Positions 1-8,171 of a DNA stretch of 45,701 bases are shown here, in pieces. The notes under the pieces were generated by a model. It searched no databases. It was not told the DNA's origin and saw only the letters and a list, made by a program, of their open reading frames with translations. This DNA is from a virus, in IMG/VR virus record IMGVR_UViG_3300045988_044939; one strand, given 5' to 3'. Every line of letters starts with the position of its first letter. Position 1 is the first letter of the stretch. The position numbers were made by a program, and so were the translations under genes.

Positions 1-95
1 AAAATCTCAATCCGTAAATTATCATCGTCACAAATCGCAATTTTCATGTAAATCATTCCCTTGTAAACATTGTTTTCGCCATTTGCAAAAAAAAG
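1..95. repeat. terminal direct repeat, left copy (identical to 45607..45701)
   Basis: Read directly: nt 1-95 (aaaatctcaatccg...gcaaaaaaaag) are identical to nt 45607-45701. Contains the first 47 nt (minus strand) of the LytTR regulator CDS plus its upstream region. Confidence 0.95.
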
Positions 96-169
96 TGTTT
101 AAATATGTTATTTTTATTATAGCATCGTTAAATTTAGTTGTAAATAGACGTTTTGAGGTGATTTATGAA

Positions 170-490
170 ATGAAAATAATCAAAAATATACTAATTATAA
201 TAGGAGCTGTGCTTTTGCTTAATTACATTGTTTATTTACCAATGTGTGTAGACGATTATATCCGTGAAGAGTCAGAAGTGTATTCTGTCCAAAATGCGTA
301 CAGATCTTCTACCCTACATAAGAATAGCGCCCATGAAATAAAGCAGACCATGCTGCCGTTTTTATTCGTCCTGCCGCTAAACAGAAAAGACTATATCTTT
401 GATGTTACGAATAATTTCTATGCAATCATAAATATATCGGTGTATATCTGGCAGTTGCCAAGAGCAAACATTAGTGATATAATGGCATGA
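170..490 (+). CDS. small membrane protein, function unknown
   Basis: ORF 83..490 opens on TTG. An in-frame ATG at 170 lies 9 nt after GAGGTG (155-160). N-terminus MKIIKNILIIIGAVLLLNYIVYL is a TM helix. Confidence 0.55.
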   Translation: MKIIKNILIIIGAVLLLNYIVYLPMCVDDYIREESEVYSVQNAYRSSTLHKNSAHEIKQTMLPFLFVLPLNRKDYIFDVTNNFYAIINISVYIWQLPRANISDIMA

Positions 491-571
491 AACGAACTAA
501 TGTTCGGTTATATTTCCCGCAGCCGAACATATACTGTAGTGTAGATGGTAGTTGTGATAGGGAGGGTTATT

Positions 572-670
572 ATGGATTATAAGAAAGAGATTATTGAGAT
601 GGTTGAAAAATGCACGAATAATCATTGGATAGAAGTGATTTATATATTTGTGAAAAGGCTAATCGGATAA
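572..670 (+). CDS. 32-aa peptide MDYKKEIIEMVEKCTNNHWIEVIYIFVKRLIG, unknown function
   Basis: ATG 572 preceded by GGGAGGG (560-566), stop TAA 668-670, immediately followed by a strong terminator. Too short for the ORF track. Confidence 0.45.
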   Translation: MDYKKEIIEMVEKCTNNHWIEVIYIFVKRLIG

Positions 671-674
671 CATT

Positions 675-717
675 AAAAAAGACAAGGGTTTGCGCATTGC
701 CCTTGTCTTTCTTTTTA
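675..717. terminator. bidirectional rho-independent terminator
   Basis: AAGACAAGGG (679-688) pairs with CCCTTGTCTT (700-709). It is flanked by an A-run (675-680) and a T-run (710-716), between convergent genes. Confidence 0.8.
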
Positions 718-1077
718 CTTATTAGAAATCATGTCAATAAGTTTTTCTAAATTGTCCCATCCCTCATCATCCAATCTGGCTAATGCAGACACGAGACGGT
801 GTCGGAAAGAATCTTCTCCAGATTTCATTACGTCTGCAAGCATGGCAGAAATTTGTTTGTCTTTAATTCCGGGTACAAACATATTTCCTTTTCCTGTTCT
901 GAGCCATTCTTCACTCACTCCAAACTCTCTGCATATAGATTTGATAACAGCATCTGTTGGATTTCTTAAACCAGTTTCATAATTAGTAATGGTATTTCCC
1001 TTTACTCCAATTATGTCTCCAAATGCTGTCTGAGTGAGATTCTGGGATTTGCGCACTTGTTTGATTCTGTCTTTCAC
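715..1077 (-). CDS. XRE/cI-like HTH repressor (no peptidase domain)
   Basis: N-terminus IKQVRKSQNLTQTAFGDIIGVKGNTITNYETGLRNP is a classic HTH_3 motif. GTG start after GGAGGTGAGG. Divergent from the early rightward promoter. Confidence 0.85.
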   Translation of the reverse strand: MKDRIKQVRKSQNLTQTAFGDIIGVKGNTITNYETGLRNPTDAVIKSICREFGVSEEWLRTGKGNMFVPGIKDKQISAMLADVMKSGEDSFRHRLVSALARLDDEGWDNLEKLIDMISNK

Positions 1078-1097
1078 TTTTCCTCACCTCCAATGAT

Positions 1098-1176
1098 AAT
1101 ATATCATAAAAAACTCACAAAGTCAATATTTAGCGTTGACATATAACTCACATCGTGATATTATAAACTCACAAAG
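1098..1176. promoter_or_regulatory. immunity switch: leftward extended -10 promoter, rightward sigma-A promoter, three operator repeats
   Basis: Rightward promoter: TTGACA 1136-1141, 17 nt spacer, TATTAT 1159-1164. Leftward promoter: TGATATATT (reverse complement of 1098-1106). Operators: AACTCACAAAG at 1112-1122 and 1166-1176, AACTCACATCG at 1145-1155. Confidence 0.7.
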
Positions 1177-1191
1177 CAAGGAGGTGAAAAC

Positions 1192-1488
1192 ATGAAATAC
1201 AGTCCGCTCGGCAGTAAAAAAATGATATCTCAAACTTTCAATGGTGATTGCTTGAAAACCACTTTTGAAAGAGAGAACGAATTGAAGTCCGAATATGAAA
1301 TTTATGTAAACTGGATGAATCCGGATCAGTTAGCAGAAGTTTCATTTCAGTTGCCATTCCACGATTGGCAGACACTTGAAAAGTCTGAGGTTTGGAAAAA
1401 TCTGGATGAATTTCTTTCGGAGGTTGTGTATAGAAGTCTGTTAGGTTCTTTAGTTGCATTCTTTCGTGATAAATTGATTCACCAATAG
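1192..1488 (+). CDS. first early rightward ORF (cro position), unknown function
   Basis: Perfect AGGAGGTG RBS 6 nt before ATG 1192, directly downstream of the rightward promoter. No HTH recognised. Overlaps the antisense ORF 1238..1774 by 251 nt. Confidence 0.55.
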   Translation: MKYSPLGSKKMISQTFNGDCLKTTFERENELKSEYEIYVNWMNPDQLAEVSFQLPFHDWQTLEKSEVWKNLDEFLSEVVYRSLLGSLVAFFRDKLIHQ

Positions 1489-1774
1489 CGCACCCTTTTA
1501 AACATGAATAATGGGTTCCACTATACATGTAAGAAATATTTACGATTGATATGGCAATTCTGGAACGATTGATAATTTCAAAATGAACAATCAACTCATT
1601 ATTATCTTTCAACTTGAAACCAATAGGAATAAACTCTATTTTTTTTCGAGATTGGAATAAGTTCCATACAGTTCCAGCAGACCCTATTAACCCAAGCATA
1701 AAGGAAACATTTTCAAACGTAATGATTTCTTTAGCCGATTTTAAAATTGAAACAATTTGATTTATTTTAATCAC
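1238..1774 (-). CDS. leftward membrane protein embedded antisense in the early operon (start uncertain)
   Basis: 178-codon ORF whose first 95 aa look protein-like (TM FMLGLIGSAGTVWNLF, then a beta-rich segment). It lies downstream of the conserved promoter-leader element 1770-1809. The only starts are a GTG inside the SD, a non-canonical ATA, or ATG 1699 with no SD. The C-terminal third looks like antisense shadow. Confidence 0.4.
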   Translation of the reverse strand: MIKINQIVSILKSAKEIITFENVSFMLGLIGSAGTVWNLFQSRKKIEFIPIGFKLKDNNELIVHFEIINRSRIAISIVNISYMYSGTHYSCLKGCAIGESIYHERMQLKNLTDFYTQPPKEIHPDFSKPQTFQVSANRGMATEMKLLLTDPDSSSLHKFHIRTSIRSLFQKWFSSNHH

Positions 1775-1809
1775 CTCCCATATACAGGGAGTATATCACA
1801 AGAAAAGAG
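1770..1809 (-). promoter_or_regulatory. conserved 40-bp leftward promoter-leader element, copy A
   Basis: 36/40 identical to 2271-2310. On the minus strand it reads TGATATACT (extended -10), then CCCTGTATATGGGAGGTGAT (leader plus SD). Confidence 0.6.
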
Positions 1810-1817
1810 GTGAGTAT

Positions 1818-1970
1818 ATGTCTGAAAAAGAAAAAAGAATCATTGAAAAGCTGAAAGAAGCGATTCCTAATATGTCAGAGTTTGACAAGGGATACATTCT
1901 TGGTAAGACGGAAAGTTTTTCCGAGAATAAGCCAGATGATTCTGGTAAGGAGCAGAAAGAAAGTTCTTAA
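1818..1970 (+). CDS. 50-aa hypothetical protein (MSEKEKRIIEKLKEAIPNMSEFDKGYILG...)
   Basis: ATG 1818 after AGAGGTGAG, stop 1968-1970. Below the ORF-track cutoff. Confidence 0.55.
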   Translation: MSEKEKRIIEKLKEAIPNMSEFDKGYILGKTESFSENKPDDSGKEQKESS

Positions 1971-1988
1971 CTTGGAGGTGAAAACAAA

Positions 1989-2084
1989 TTGAAAAACAGA
2001 ATCGCATTCTGGATTCTTTGTTTTGTGCTTTCGGCTACCTGCGGAGCACTCGGAAGCCTACTCGCACAGTGGATGCTAAAGTAA
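1989..2084 (+). CDS. 31-aa hydrophobic peptide (TTG start)
   Basis: GGAGGTG (1975-1981) lies 7 nt before TTG 1989. Product LKNRIAFWILCFVLSATCGALGSLLAQWMLK is one TM helix. Its 3-prime end overlaps the convergent gene by 9 nt. Confidence 0.35.
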   Translation: MKNRIAFWILCFVLSATCGALGSLLAQWMLK

Positions 2085-2264
2085 CATCTGAGTGATTACA
2101 GTAGCCAGGAATCCAGTGAATCCGCCAACAACAGCACTAAATAAAGCTACTCGGAAATCATGTCGCCATTGCTGTTTCCGTAATTCTTTTTCTTTAGCTT
2201 CTTTTATTTGCTGTTCAAGGACGCTGTGCGGAACTATGGAGCCGTTTGCTATATTCGGTTTCAT
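2076..2264 (-). CDS. 62-aa tail-anchored membrane protein, leftward gene embedded in the early operon
   Basis: ATG (complement of 2262-2264) lies 10 nt after GGGAGG of conserved element copy B. C-terminal TM is FSAVVGGFTGFLATVITQMLL. Confidence 0.6.
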   Translation of the reverse strand: MKPNIANGSIVPHSVLEQQIKEAKEKELRKQQWRHDFRVALFSAVVGGFTGFLATVITQMLL

Positions 2265-2270
2265 ATTATT

Positions 2271-2310
2271 ATCACCTCCCATCTATAGGGAGTATACCAC
2301 AAGAAAGGAG
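2271..2310 (-). promoter_or_regulatory. conserved 40-bp leftward promoter-leader element, copy B
   Basis: 36/40 identical to 1770-1809. The minus strand reads TGGTATACT (extended -10) followed by CCCTATAGATGGGAGGTGAT. Confidence 0.6.
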
Positions 2311-2316
2311 CATAAA

Positions 2317-2646
2317 ATGAGCGAAGTTGATACTTACATCAAAGAAAATGCAGAAGTTCATCAGTTCGCCGCAGAGGTTGCGAGAATCATATCAGGCATT
2401 CCACAGATGCCAGAGTTCTCCTCGGAGAACATGAGCGTATCTGATGCAAGCAAGCTGATCGGACTTCCTGTAACATCAATCCGAGCAGGAATTGTATACG
2501 GATGGCTGCCGATCGGGACTGCTATCCAGAATAACAAGCCAGCAAAAAGCCTTTCCGGTGGCAGGATCACATACATCATAAGCCCTAGGAAAGTCTATGA
2601 AGTAACTGGTCATGTCTGGAAAGGCAAAGCTGCTCTCAATAAGTGA
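2317..2646 (+). CDS. putative DNA-binding protein (excisionase/MerR-like HTH)
   Basis: ATG 2317 after AAAGGAG. Segment MSVSDASKLIGLPVTSIRAGIVYGWLP resembles Xis/HTH_17-type helices. The upstream part of ORF 2092..2646 is antisense to gene 2076..2264. Confidence 0.5.
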   Translation: MSEVDTYIKENAEVHQFAAEVARIISGIPQMPEFSSENMSVSDASKLIGLPVTSIRAGIVYGWLPIGTAIQNNKPAKSLSGGRITYIISPRKVYEVTGHVWKGKAALNK

Positions 2647-2785
2647 GTGCCCCGGAGGGAGTCGACACCTCCACCCCGGAGCTTTGCATCTACTAAATCG
2701 CACTTAGTAGATACAGGTTAATTATAAGCCTCTATCTGCTAATTGTAAAGACAAATAAGAAAAAATAAGGAGAAATTAGCTAGAT

Positions 2786-2965
2786 ATGAGTGAAAACAGA
2801 AACGAAAATCAGCCAACATGGACTGACATCTCAGTAGCACTTGCTACTGAGATTGTCGAGGAAAGCAAGAAAAAGTCAAGGAGATGGTTCACAGCATGGA
2901 TTGTGACAGTCGCCGCACTGGTAGCCAGCAATCTTGCGTGGATCATAGGAGGTATCAGTGAATAA
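2786..2965 (+). CDS. 59-aa membrane protein
   Basis: ATG 2786 downstream of AAGGAG. C-terminal TM is WFTAWIVTVAALVASNLAWIIGG. Its stop overlaps the next start. Confidence 0.45.
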   Translation: MSENRNENQPTWTDISVALATEIVEESKKKSRRWFTAWIVTVAALVASNLAWIIGGISE

Positions 2966-3140
2966 TCTGAAGAACATCATCTGCGCCGCACTGATCGGAG
3001 GTTTTTCCACGTTCCTTCCATTCTGGCAGTGGGGCGGATCGGGCAGACAGCTTTTTGCGGCGGCAATGACCACGATGATTGTATATGGAATTCTCTGGGA
3101 TATTGATACGCCAGAGAGAAAGGAAAATGAAAATGTTTGA
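2958..3140 (+). CDS. 60-aa two-TM membrane protein
   Basis: GTG 2958 lies 5 nt after AGGAGG. The product is hydrophobic. Confidence 0.5.
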   Translation: MNNLKNIICAALIGGFSTFLPFWQWGGSGRQLFAAAMTTMIVYGILWDIDTPERKENENV

Positions 3141-3417
3141 GAAAGAAATTGACGAAATTTACGAACTCTGTAAAAGAGTTGCAAATGAAGTTCCGACAGC
3201 AAACGCCTCGTTCAATTATTCGATTTATGGTATGAGTGTATGTGGACTTAAAAGGAAGGAAGATGTCAGTCTTCCCGAAGGAAAATTTAAATGGGATTTG
3301 TATCAGAGTGTATCTTTTGATCCGTTTTACGAAAAAGAAAGTCGTGAAAGTCTCAATAAAATCAAAGCTTTCTTGCTGGAACTTCTGATAGATGGGGGGG
3401 TGCCCGTTAAATGCTGA
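3133..3417 (+). CDS. hypothetical protein
   Basis: ORF 3079..3417. ATG 3133 is best spaced from AAAGGA (3119-3124); ATG 3127 is the alternative. Confidence 0.55.
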   Translation: MFEKEIDEIYELCKRVANEVPTANASFNYSIYGMSVCGLKRKEDVSLPEGKFKWDLYQSVSFDPFYEKESRESLNKIKAFLLELLIDGGVPVKC

Positions 3418-3668
3418 ATCAGACAGAGCTGAAGCTCCTGCCGACAATTGAGTTGACAATGACGGTAAACGAGCTTCTGGAGGAGCTGAACAGGCGGAAA
3501 GCGTACATTCTTGACTGGGAAAACCCGTACATGTATCTGAATCATCTTGAGTATCATTGCGCTGGTGGAATCTTTCCAAACGGCGAGCAGAATCCGGCAA
3601 GAGGAGATGGTTCTGACAATGTTTACTGTTTCTTTAGCGAGGTGAGAAAAGATGCAGGAGAGAATTGA
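3411..3668 (+). CDS. hypothetical protein
   Basis: ATG overlaps the previous stop (ATGCTGA), indicating translational coupling. Confidence 0.55.
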   Translation: MLNQTELKLLPTIELTMTVNELLEELNRRKAYILDWENPYMYLNHLEYHCAGGIFPNGEQNPARGDGSDNVYCFFSEVRKDAGEN

Positions 3669-3813
3669 TGAAATCCTTGCTCTGATAGACGAGCAGCTTT
3701 CTCTTGTATCTGATAACTACATCGAGAGTTCATATAAGGCGAGGACGCTGGCGAGCTACGTGCAGGCCTTAAATGGGCTTTTAACGGCTCAGAAATCATA
3801 TAAGGAGGAATAG
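3652..3813 (+). CDS. 53-aa hypothetical helical protein
   Basis: ATG 3652 after GAGGTGAG, stop TAG 3811-3813. It fills the gap before 3816. Confidence 0.5.
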   Translation: MQERIDEILALIDEQLSLVSDNYIESSYKARTLASYVQALNGLLTAQKSYKEE

Positions 3814-3815
3814 TA

Positions 3816-4466
3816 ATGGCAACACCAGTATTAATTATCGGAAAATCTGGTTCTGGCAAGAGCACCAGTCTTAGAAACTGCCAGAATGAACACTGGAATC
3901 TTATTAGAGTATTGAATAAACCGCTTCCATTTAAAGGAAAGATTGACGGATGGTTTACAGATGATTACCAGCAGGTAATGAAGTGCCTGATCGCATCAAA
4001 AGCGGAGTCAATTGTGATTGATGATGCAGGATATCTTATCACGAATCATTTCATGAAGGGGCACGCTTCTGCTGGAAAAGGTAATGCAGTGTTCGCTCTG
4101 TACAATGATATCGGAGACTACTTCTGGAATCTTATTCAGTTCATTGTAACAAAAGTACCGCAGAATAAAATTGTTTACCTTATGATGCATGAAGAAAAGG
4201 ATGATTCTGGAGAAGTAAAGCCTAAGACCATCGGAAAACTTCTGGACGAAAAAGTTTGCATCGAGGGCATGTTTACCATCGTTCTTCGATGCATCGAAGA
4301 GAGTGGAAAACACTTATTTGTCACTCAGTCCAGTCAGGGAGCGGTAAGCAAGTCCCCAATCGGGATGTTTGGCAGTTTAACTATTGATAACGACCTTGCA
4401 GAAGTTGACAAGGTTATCAGAGATTATTATGAATTAGGAGGAACAGATAATGCAGAAACCAAATAA
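3816..4466 (+). CDS. P-loop ATPase (AAA_24/Sak4-like recombination or replication ATPase)
   Basis: Walker A is IIGKSGSGKST, Walker B-like is SIVIDDAG. It is followed by a DUF669-like gene, as in many phage replication modules. Confidence 0.65.
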   Translation: MATPVLIIGKSGSGKSTSLRNCQNEHWNLIRVLNKPLPFKGKIDGWFTDDYQQVMKCLIASKAESIVIDDAGYLITNHFMKGHASAGKGNAVFALYNDIGDYFWNLIQFIVTKVPQNKIVYLMMHEEKDDSGEVKPKTIGKLLDEKVCIEGMFTIVLRCIEESGKHLFVTQSSQGAVSKSPIGMFGSLTIDNDLAEVDKVIRDYYELGGTDNAETK

Positions 4467-5058
4467 TTACGATACTACACAGGCAGCAGGAGAATTTGAA
4501 CCAATTAAGCTTGGCGGTCATAAGATGGTAATTAAGCAGGTATCAGAGAAAAAAAGCCAGGGCGGACTTGATATGCTTGTTATCTTGTTTGATTTCGCAG
4601 AAGGAGACGAACAGGCGGGTTACTTTATGAAGCAGTTTGAAAATGACATTCGTCCAGACAAGAAATATCCGAACGCCGGCACTAACTATATGGTCATTGA
4701 CGAGAGTGTAGATTATGGTGTCCGTAACCTTAAAACATTTATCACATGCGTAGAAAAGTCAAATCCGGGATTTGCCGTTAAGTGGGACGATAATTTCGGG
4801 CAGCAGTTTAAGGGAAAACTGATCGGCGGCATCTTCCGTCTGGAGAGAGACTGGTACGACAATAAAGAAGTGAAACGTCACAAGCTTGCATGGTTCCGCA
4901 GTATTGAAGGAATTAAGGATGCAGATATCCCAGAAGAGCGCACCACGAGAGCCTATGACGATCATCTGAAAGAAGAAGCTATCATGGGAGCGAATCCGGC
5001 AGGCACGGACTTTATGAGTATTCCAGACAGTGTACAGGAAGAACTTCCGTTCAATTAA
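4450..5058 (+). CDS. DUF669-like protein (putative ssDNA-binding or annealing partner)
   Basis: The call rests on synteny after an AAA_24-type ATPase and an N-terminus (FEPIKLGGHKMVIKQVSEKKSQGG) resembling DUF669 proteins. The assignment is from memory of the family. Confidence 0.5.
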   Translation: MQKPNNYDTTQAAGEFEPIKLGGHKMVIKQVSEKKSQGGLDMLVILFDFAEGDEQAGYFMKQFENDIRPDKKYPNAGTNYMVIDESVDYGVRNLKTFITCVEKSNPGFAVKWDDNFGQQFKGKLIGGIFRLERDWYDNKEVKRHKLAWFRSIEGIKDADIPEERTTRAYDDHLKEEAIMGANPAGTDFMSIPDSVQEELPFN

Positions 5059-5073
5059 AAGGATGTGTTTTTA

Positions 5074-5592
5074 ATGGTTATACAAGTGGACACAAGGGAA
5101 CATAAATCAGAATGGGAACGGATTCAGAGTCAGTTTGATAGCCTTGGAGTGCAGTATTTTCGCTCTAAATTGTATTGCGGTGATTATCAATCACTGGACA
5201 ATGCAAAACTCTGTATTGACCGTAAAAAGGATTTGCAAGAGCTTTGTGGAAATGTCTGCCAGCAGCATGAAAGATTCAAAGCAGAGCTTATCAGAGCGCG
5301 TGAAGCAGGTATTCAGCTGATTATCCTATGCGAGCATGGACCAGATATTAAATCAGTTGGTGATGTATATTTCTGGGAGAATCCCCGAAAACATAAAGTT
5401 ATCTGGAGGACGATAAACGGCAAAAGAGTAAAAACTGTAATATCCGATAAAGCTGTTGACGGCTGTCAATTATATAAATCTCTTTGCACGATCAGAGATA
5501 AATACGGCGTCCGATTTGAATTCTGTACAAAAGAAGAAACCGGTAAAAAAATTGTGGAGTTATTGGAGGGTGGAAATGCCAAAAGCAAATAA
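5074..5592 (+). CDS. ERCC4/Mus81-type structure-specific nuclease
   Basis: VDTRE ... GDY ... IDRKKDLQEL matches the ERCC4 pattern (D-x-R-E, GDx, ERKxxxD). ATG 5074 lies 10 nt after AAAAGGA. Confidence 0.6.
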   Translation: MVIQVDTREHKSEWERIQSQFDSLGVQYFRSKLYCGDYQSLDNAKLCIDRKKDLQELCGNVCQQHERFKAELIRAREAGIQLIILCEHGPDIKSVGDVYFWENPRKHKVIWRTINGKRVKTVISDKAVDGCQLYKSLCTIRDKYGVRFEFCTKEETGKKIVELLEGGNAKSK

Positions 5593-5761
5593 AGCTAAAA
5601 GACAGTATGTTGTAACAGATCCATACGGAAATAATAGAATGACTGTTGCGGTATCTCCTGAAAAAGCAATTAATAACGCAAGATACAAAGACTATCTGGA
5701 AACTGGCGCATGGTATGACGTGCCTGATTTCGATGAATATGAAGTAGATGAAATTGTATGA
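5576..5761 (+). CDS. 61-aa hypothetical protein
   Basis: ATG 5576 after GGAGGGTGG, overlapping the previous gene end. Confidence 0.5.
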   Translation: MPKANKAKRQYVVTDPYGNNRMTVAVSPEKAINNARYKDYLETGAWYDVPDFDEYEVDEIV

Positions 5762-6255
5762 CAAAAGATGAAATTAAGCAATCAATGAAAATGCCCGAGA
5801 TTCTTTCCAGATATGAACTAAAACCGAATAGAGCGGGATTTATATGTTGTCCTTTTCACAAGGAAAAATCAGCATCCTGCAAAATCTACGATGATTCCTT
5901 TTACTGCTTCGGATGTGGAATCGGTGGCGATGTGTTTGATTTCGTAATGCAATACGAATCCGTCCCTTTTAGTACTGCGTTTATTGAGCTGGGCGGCACT
6001 TATATATCAAAAAAAGGTAAAAGTCGTAACCAGATCAGACATGAAATGCGGGATATCAAAGCAAAAAAATGCAATCCTGCTCAGGTCCCAAACGAGCTTG
6101 AACAGGTAGAAAAGAACATACTTATGTACGAAACAGCACTAAAAACGTTCCCTCCTGATTCAGAAGAGTGGTATATGTGCCAGTTTAATCTTGAGAAAGA
6201 AAAAAGCAGACATGAATTGCTGTCTGTTAAGTCAGGAGGTGAGAAAAATTCTTGA
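5758..6255 (+). CDS. CHC2 zinc-finger protein (DnaG primase N-terminal type)
   Basis: CCPFHKEKSASCKIY...FYCFGCGIGGDVFDFV is the zf-CHC2 signature. Confidence 0.75.
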   Translation: MTKDEIKQSMKMPEILSRYELKPNRAGFICCPFHKEKSASCKIYDDSFYCFGCGIGGDVFDFVMQYESVPFSTAFIELGGTYISKKGKSRNQIRHEMRDIKAKKCNPAQVPNELEQVEKNILMYETALKTFPPDSEEWYMCQFNLEKEKSRHELLSVKSGGEKNS

Positions 6256-8170
6256 AAACATTGAAAATTTACAAGCGCAAGACTTTATGGAAAAGCAGCT
6301 GTATGAAGAGCTTTTTTCAGTAAAAAGTAAAATCGACCGTTCGGAAATCAAATTCAAGCTGATGGACCGGGCAAAAAGTGTGAAAGCGAAGCATATAGCA
6401 GAAGAGTTCATAAAGGAATTCCAGAAAGCAGAGCAGGAAAAGGAAAAAGAAGAAAAAGCAAATCGTTCCATGCAGCTGGTTGAAAACATCACAAACTTTT
6501 ATCCTGATTCTGTTGATAAGGAATATCCTAATATGGCTTGTGGCAGCTGGATAGCTACAGAGAATGGAATATTTTCTTCTGAAACATCTAAGGCGAGAGA
6601 ACTTGTATGTCACCACCCGATCATGCCGATACGCCGACTGAAAAACATTGAAACAGGTGAAGAACAGATCACAGTGGCTTTTAAAAGGGATGGATATTGG
6701 ACGGAAATAACTGTTCCAAAAATTGACATTGTGACCTCTAGAGCGATAACTAATCTTGCAAGGTTCGGCGTACAGGTTAATTCAGAGAACGCAAGGCTCC
6801 TTGTAAAGTATCTGGCAGATGTTGAAATGTACAATGCCGATATGATCGACATACAGCACTCTACAAGCAAGTTAGGATGGCATGGCAATGTGTTTGTACC
6901 TTACGACCTTTCGATCGTTTTTGACGGTGAATACCGCTTTAAAACACTATTCCAGAGTATACAGGAAAGTGGAGATTACTTCAAGTGGGTGACTCTGGCT
7001 AAACAGCTGCGGTCGTGCGGACGATTAGAGCCACGAATAGCACTGGCGGCATCTTTTGCAAGTGTGCTTGTACAGCCGCTTGATGTATTACCGTTCATCG
7101 TAGATTTCTACGGACAGACAGGTGGTGGAAAGACAGTAACGATCAATATAGCGGCATCAGTTTGGGGAAATCCTGCGCCGGGAGCTTACGTTGGAAACTT
7201 TCGATCAACAGATACATCATTAGAGACTAGAGCAGATATGCTTAATAATTTTCCAATGATCCTCGATGACTCGAAGAACGCTTCTCAGTATATTCGGGAC
7301 AACTACGAAACATTGATCTATAATCTCTGTTCCGGCAAAGGGAAAGGAAGGTCAAATAAGGACCTCGGAGCAGCTAAGGAAAATACATGGAGTAATGTGA
7401 CTATTTGCAACGGTGAGAATCCTATTTCGGAATTTGCAGACTCCAGCGGAGCTATCAACAGAATTATTGAGATTGAGTGTTGCGAGGATATTTACGAGAA
7501 TCCGGCAGAGATCAACAGCGTTGTCACGAAGAACTACGGCTTTGCTGGAAGAGTATTTGTTGGAAATTTGAAACAGTTCACATCGGACGATCTGAAAGAA
7601 ATGAAAGCCGAAATTGAGAAAGGTTTTGACGGATATGACTTTCCAGCAAAACAGGTCATGGCTATATCTACACTTCTGCTGGCTGACAAATTAGCTACAG
7701 ATTTCATATTTAAGGATGGACGTGAGCTGACGGTCGAGGACGTTGTGGACATACCTACACGTAAAAAAGACGTATCTGAGGGACAGAGGTGTTATGAATT
7801 CATTCTTGAAAGTCTTTCCGTGTACGGGCAGCACTTTGATGCTCAATTCAGTTGCGATCAATGGGGATTCAAGGAAACGCCAGATGAGTATGGAGATGTA
7901 TATGTATATTTTTATCCGAAACCTCTTGAAAACCTTTTGAAAAATAATGGATTCTCCAGAAAAGCCTTTTCTGCCTGGGCAATTAATCGAGAATTGATTA
8001 AGCATACAGGAAAGAGGGATACGGTACTAAAAAGAGACGGGGGAAGCGTGATGAGGCTTATTGCAGTAAAGGTTGTCAACATAAAAAGCCTCGAAAATGA
8101 GCAAGAAAATGAGGTTATTGAAACTGGCTTTCTGCCAACTAATGCCGAAACAAATGTTCCGTTTTCGTAA
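6212..8170 (+). CDS. DUF927/SF3-type replicative helicase (primase-helicase partner)
   Basis: Walker A is YGQTGGGKTV, Walker B is PMILDDSK. The large N-terminal domain is like DUF927 proteins. Start is uncertain (ATG 6212 or later). Confidence 0.7.
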   Translation: MNCCLLSQEVRKILENIENLQAQDFMEKQLYEELFSVKSKIDRSEIKFKLMDRAKSVKAKHIAEEFIKEFQKAEQEKEKEEKANRSMQLVENITNFYPDSVDKEYPNMACGSWIATENGIFSSETSKARELVCHHPIMPIRRLKNIETGEEQITVAFKRDGYWTEITVPKIDIVTSRAITNLARFGVQVNSENARLLVKYLADVEMYNADMIDIQHSTSKLGWHGNVFVPYDLSIVFDGEYRFKTLFQSIQESGDYFKWVTLAKQLRSCGRLEPRIALAASFASVLVQPLDVLPFIVDFYGQTGGGKTVTINIAASVWGNPAPGAYVGNFRSTDTSLETRADMLNNFPMILDDSKNASQYIRDNYETLIYNLCSGKGKGRSNKDLGAAKENTWSNVTICNGENPISEFADSSGAINRIIEIECCEDIYENPAEINSVVTKNYGFAGRVFVGNLKQFTSDDLKEMKAEIEKGFDGYDFPAKQVMAISTLLLADKLATDFIFKDGRELTVEDVVDIPTRKKDVSEGQRCYEFILESLSVYGQHFDAQFSCDQWGFKETPDEYGDVYVYFYPKPLENLLKNNGFSRKAFSAWAINRELIKHTGKRDTVLKRDGGSVMRLIAVKVVNIKSLENEQENEVIETGFLPTNAETNVPFS

Positions 8171-8171
8171 T

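Noticed and set aside
1-95. The 95-bp repeats as attL/attR of an integrated prophage within a host response-regulator gene
   Set aside because: This is less likely. The window ends exactly at the repeat, there is no host flank, and int is 1.3 kb inside with two genes between it and the repeat. A repeat-rich attP-like region sits directly next to int instead. It cannot be fully excluded without reads or a host genome.
61-100. Possible LytTR-type direct repeats (TTGTAAACA at 61-69 and TTTGCAAAA at 82-90, 21-bp period) in the regulator's own upstream region
   Set aside because: Only about 5 of 9 positions match between the two units, and the region is AT-rich. That is too weak to call without a binding motif or experiment.
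2977-3600. 207-aa minus-strand ORF across the early small-gene region
   Set aside because: It overlaps four RBS-backed, translationally coupled plus-strand ORFs, has no RBS and has low-complexity composition.
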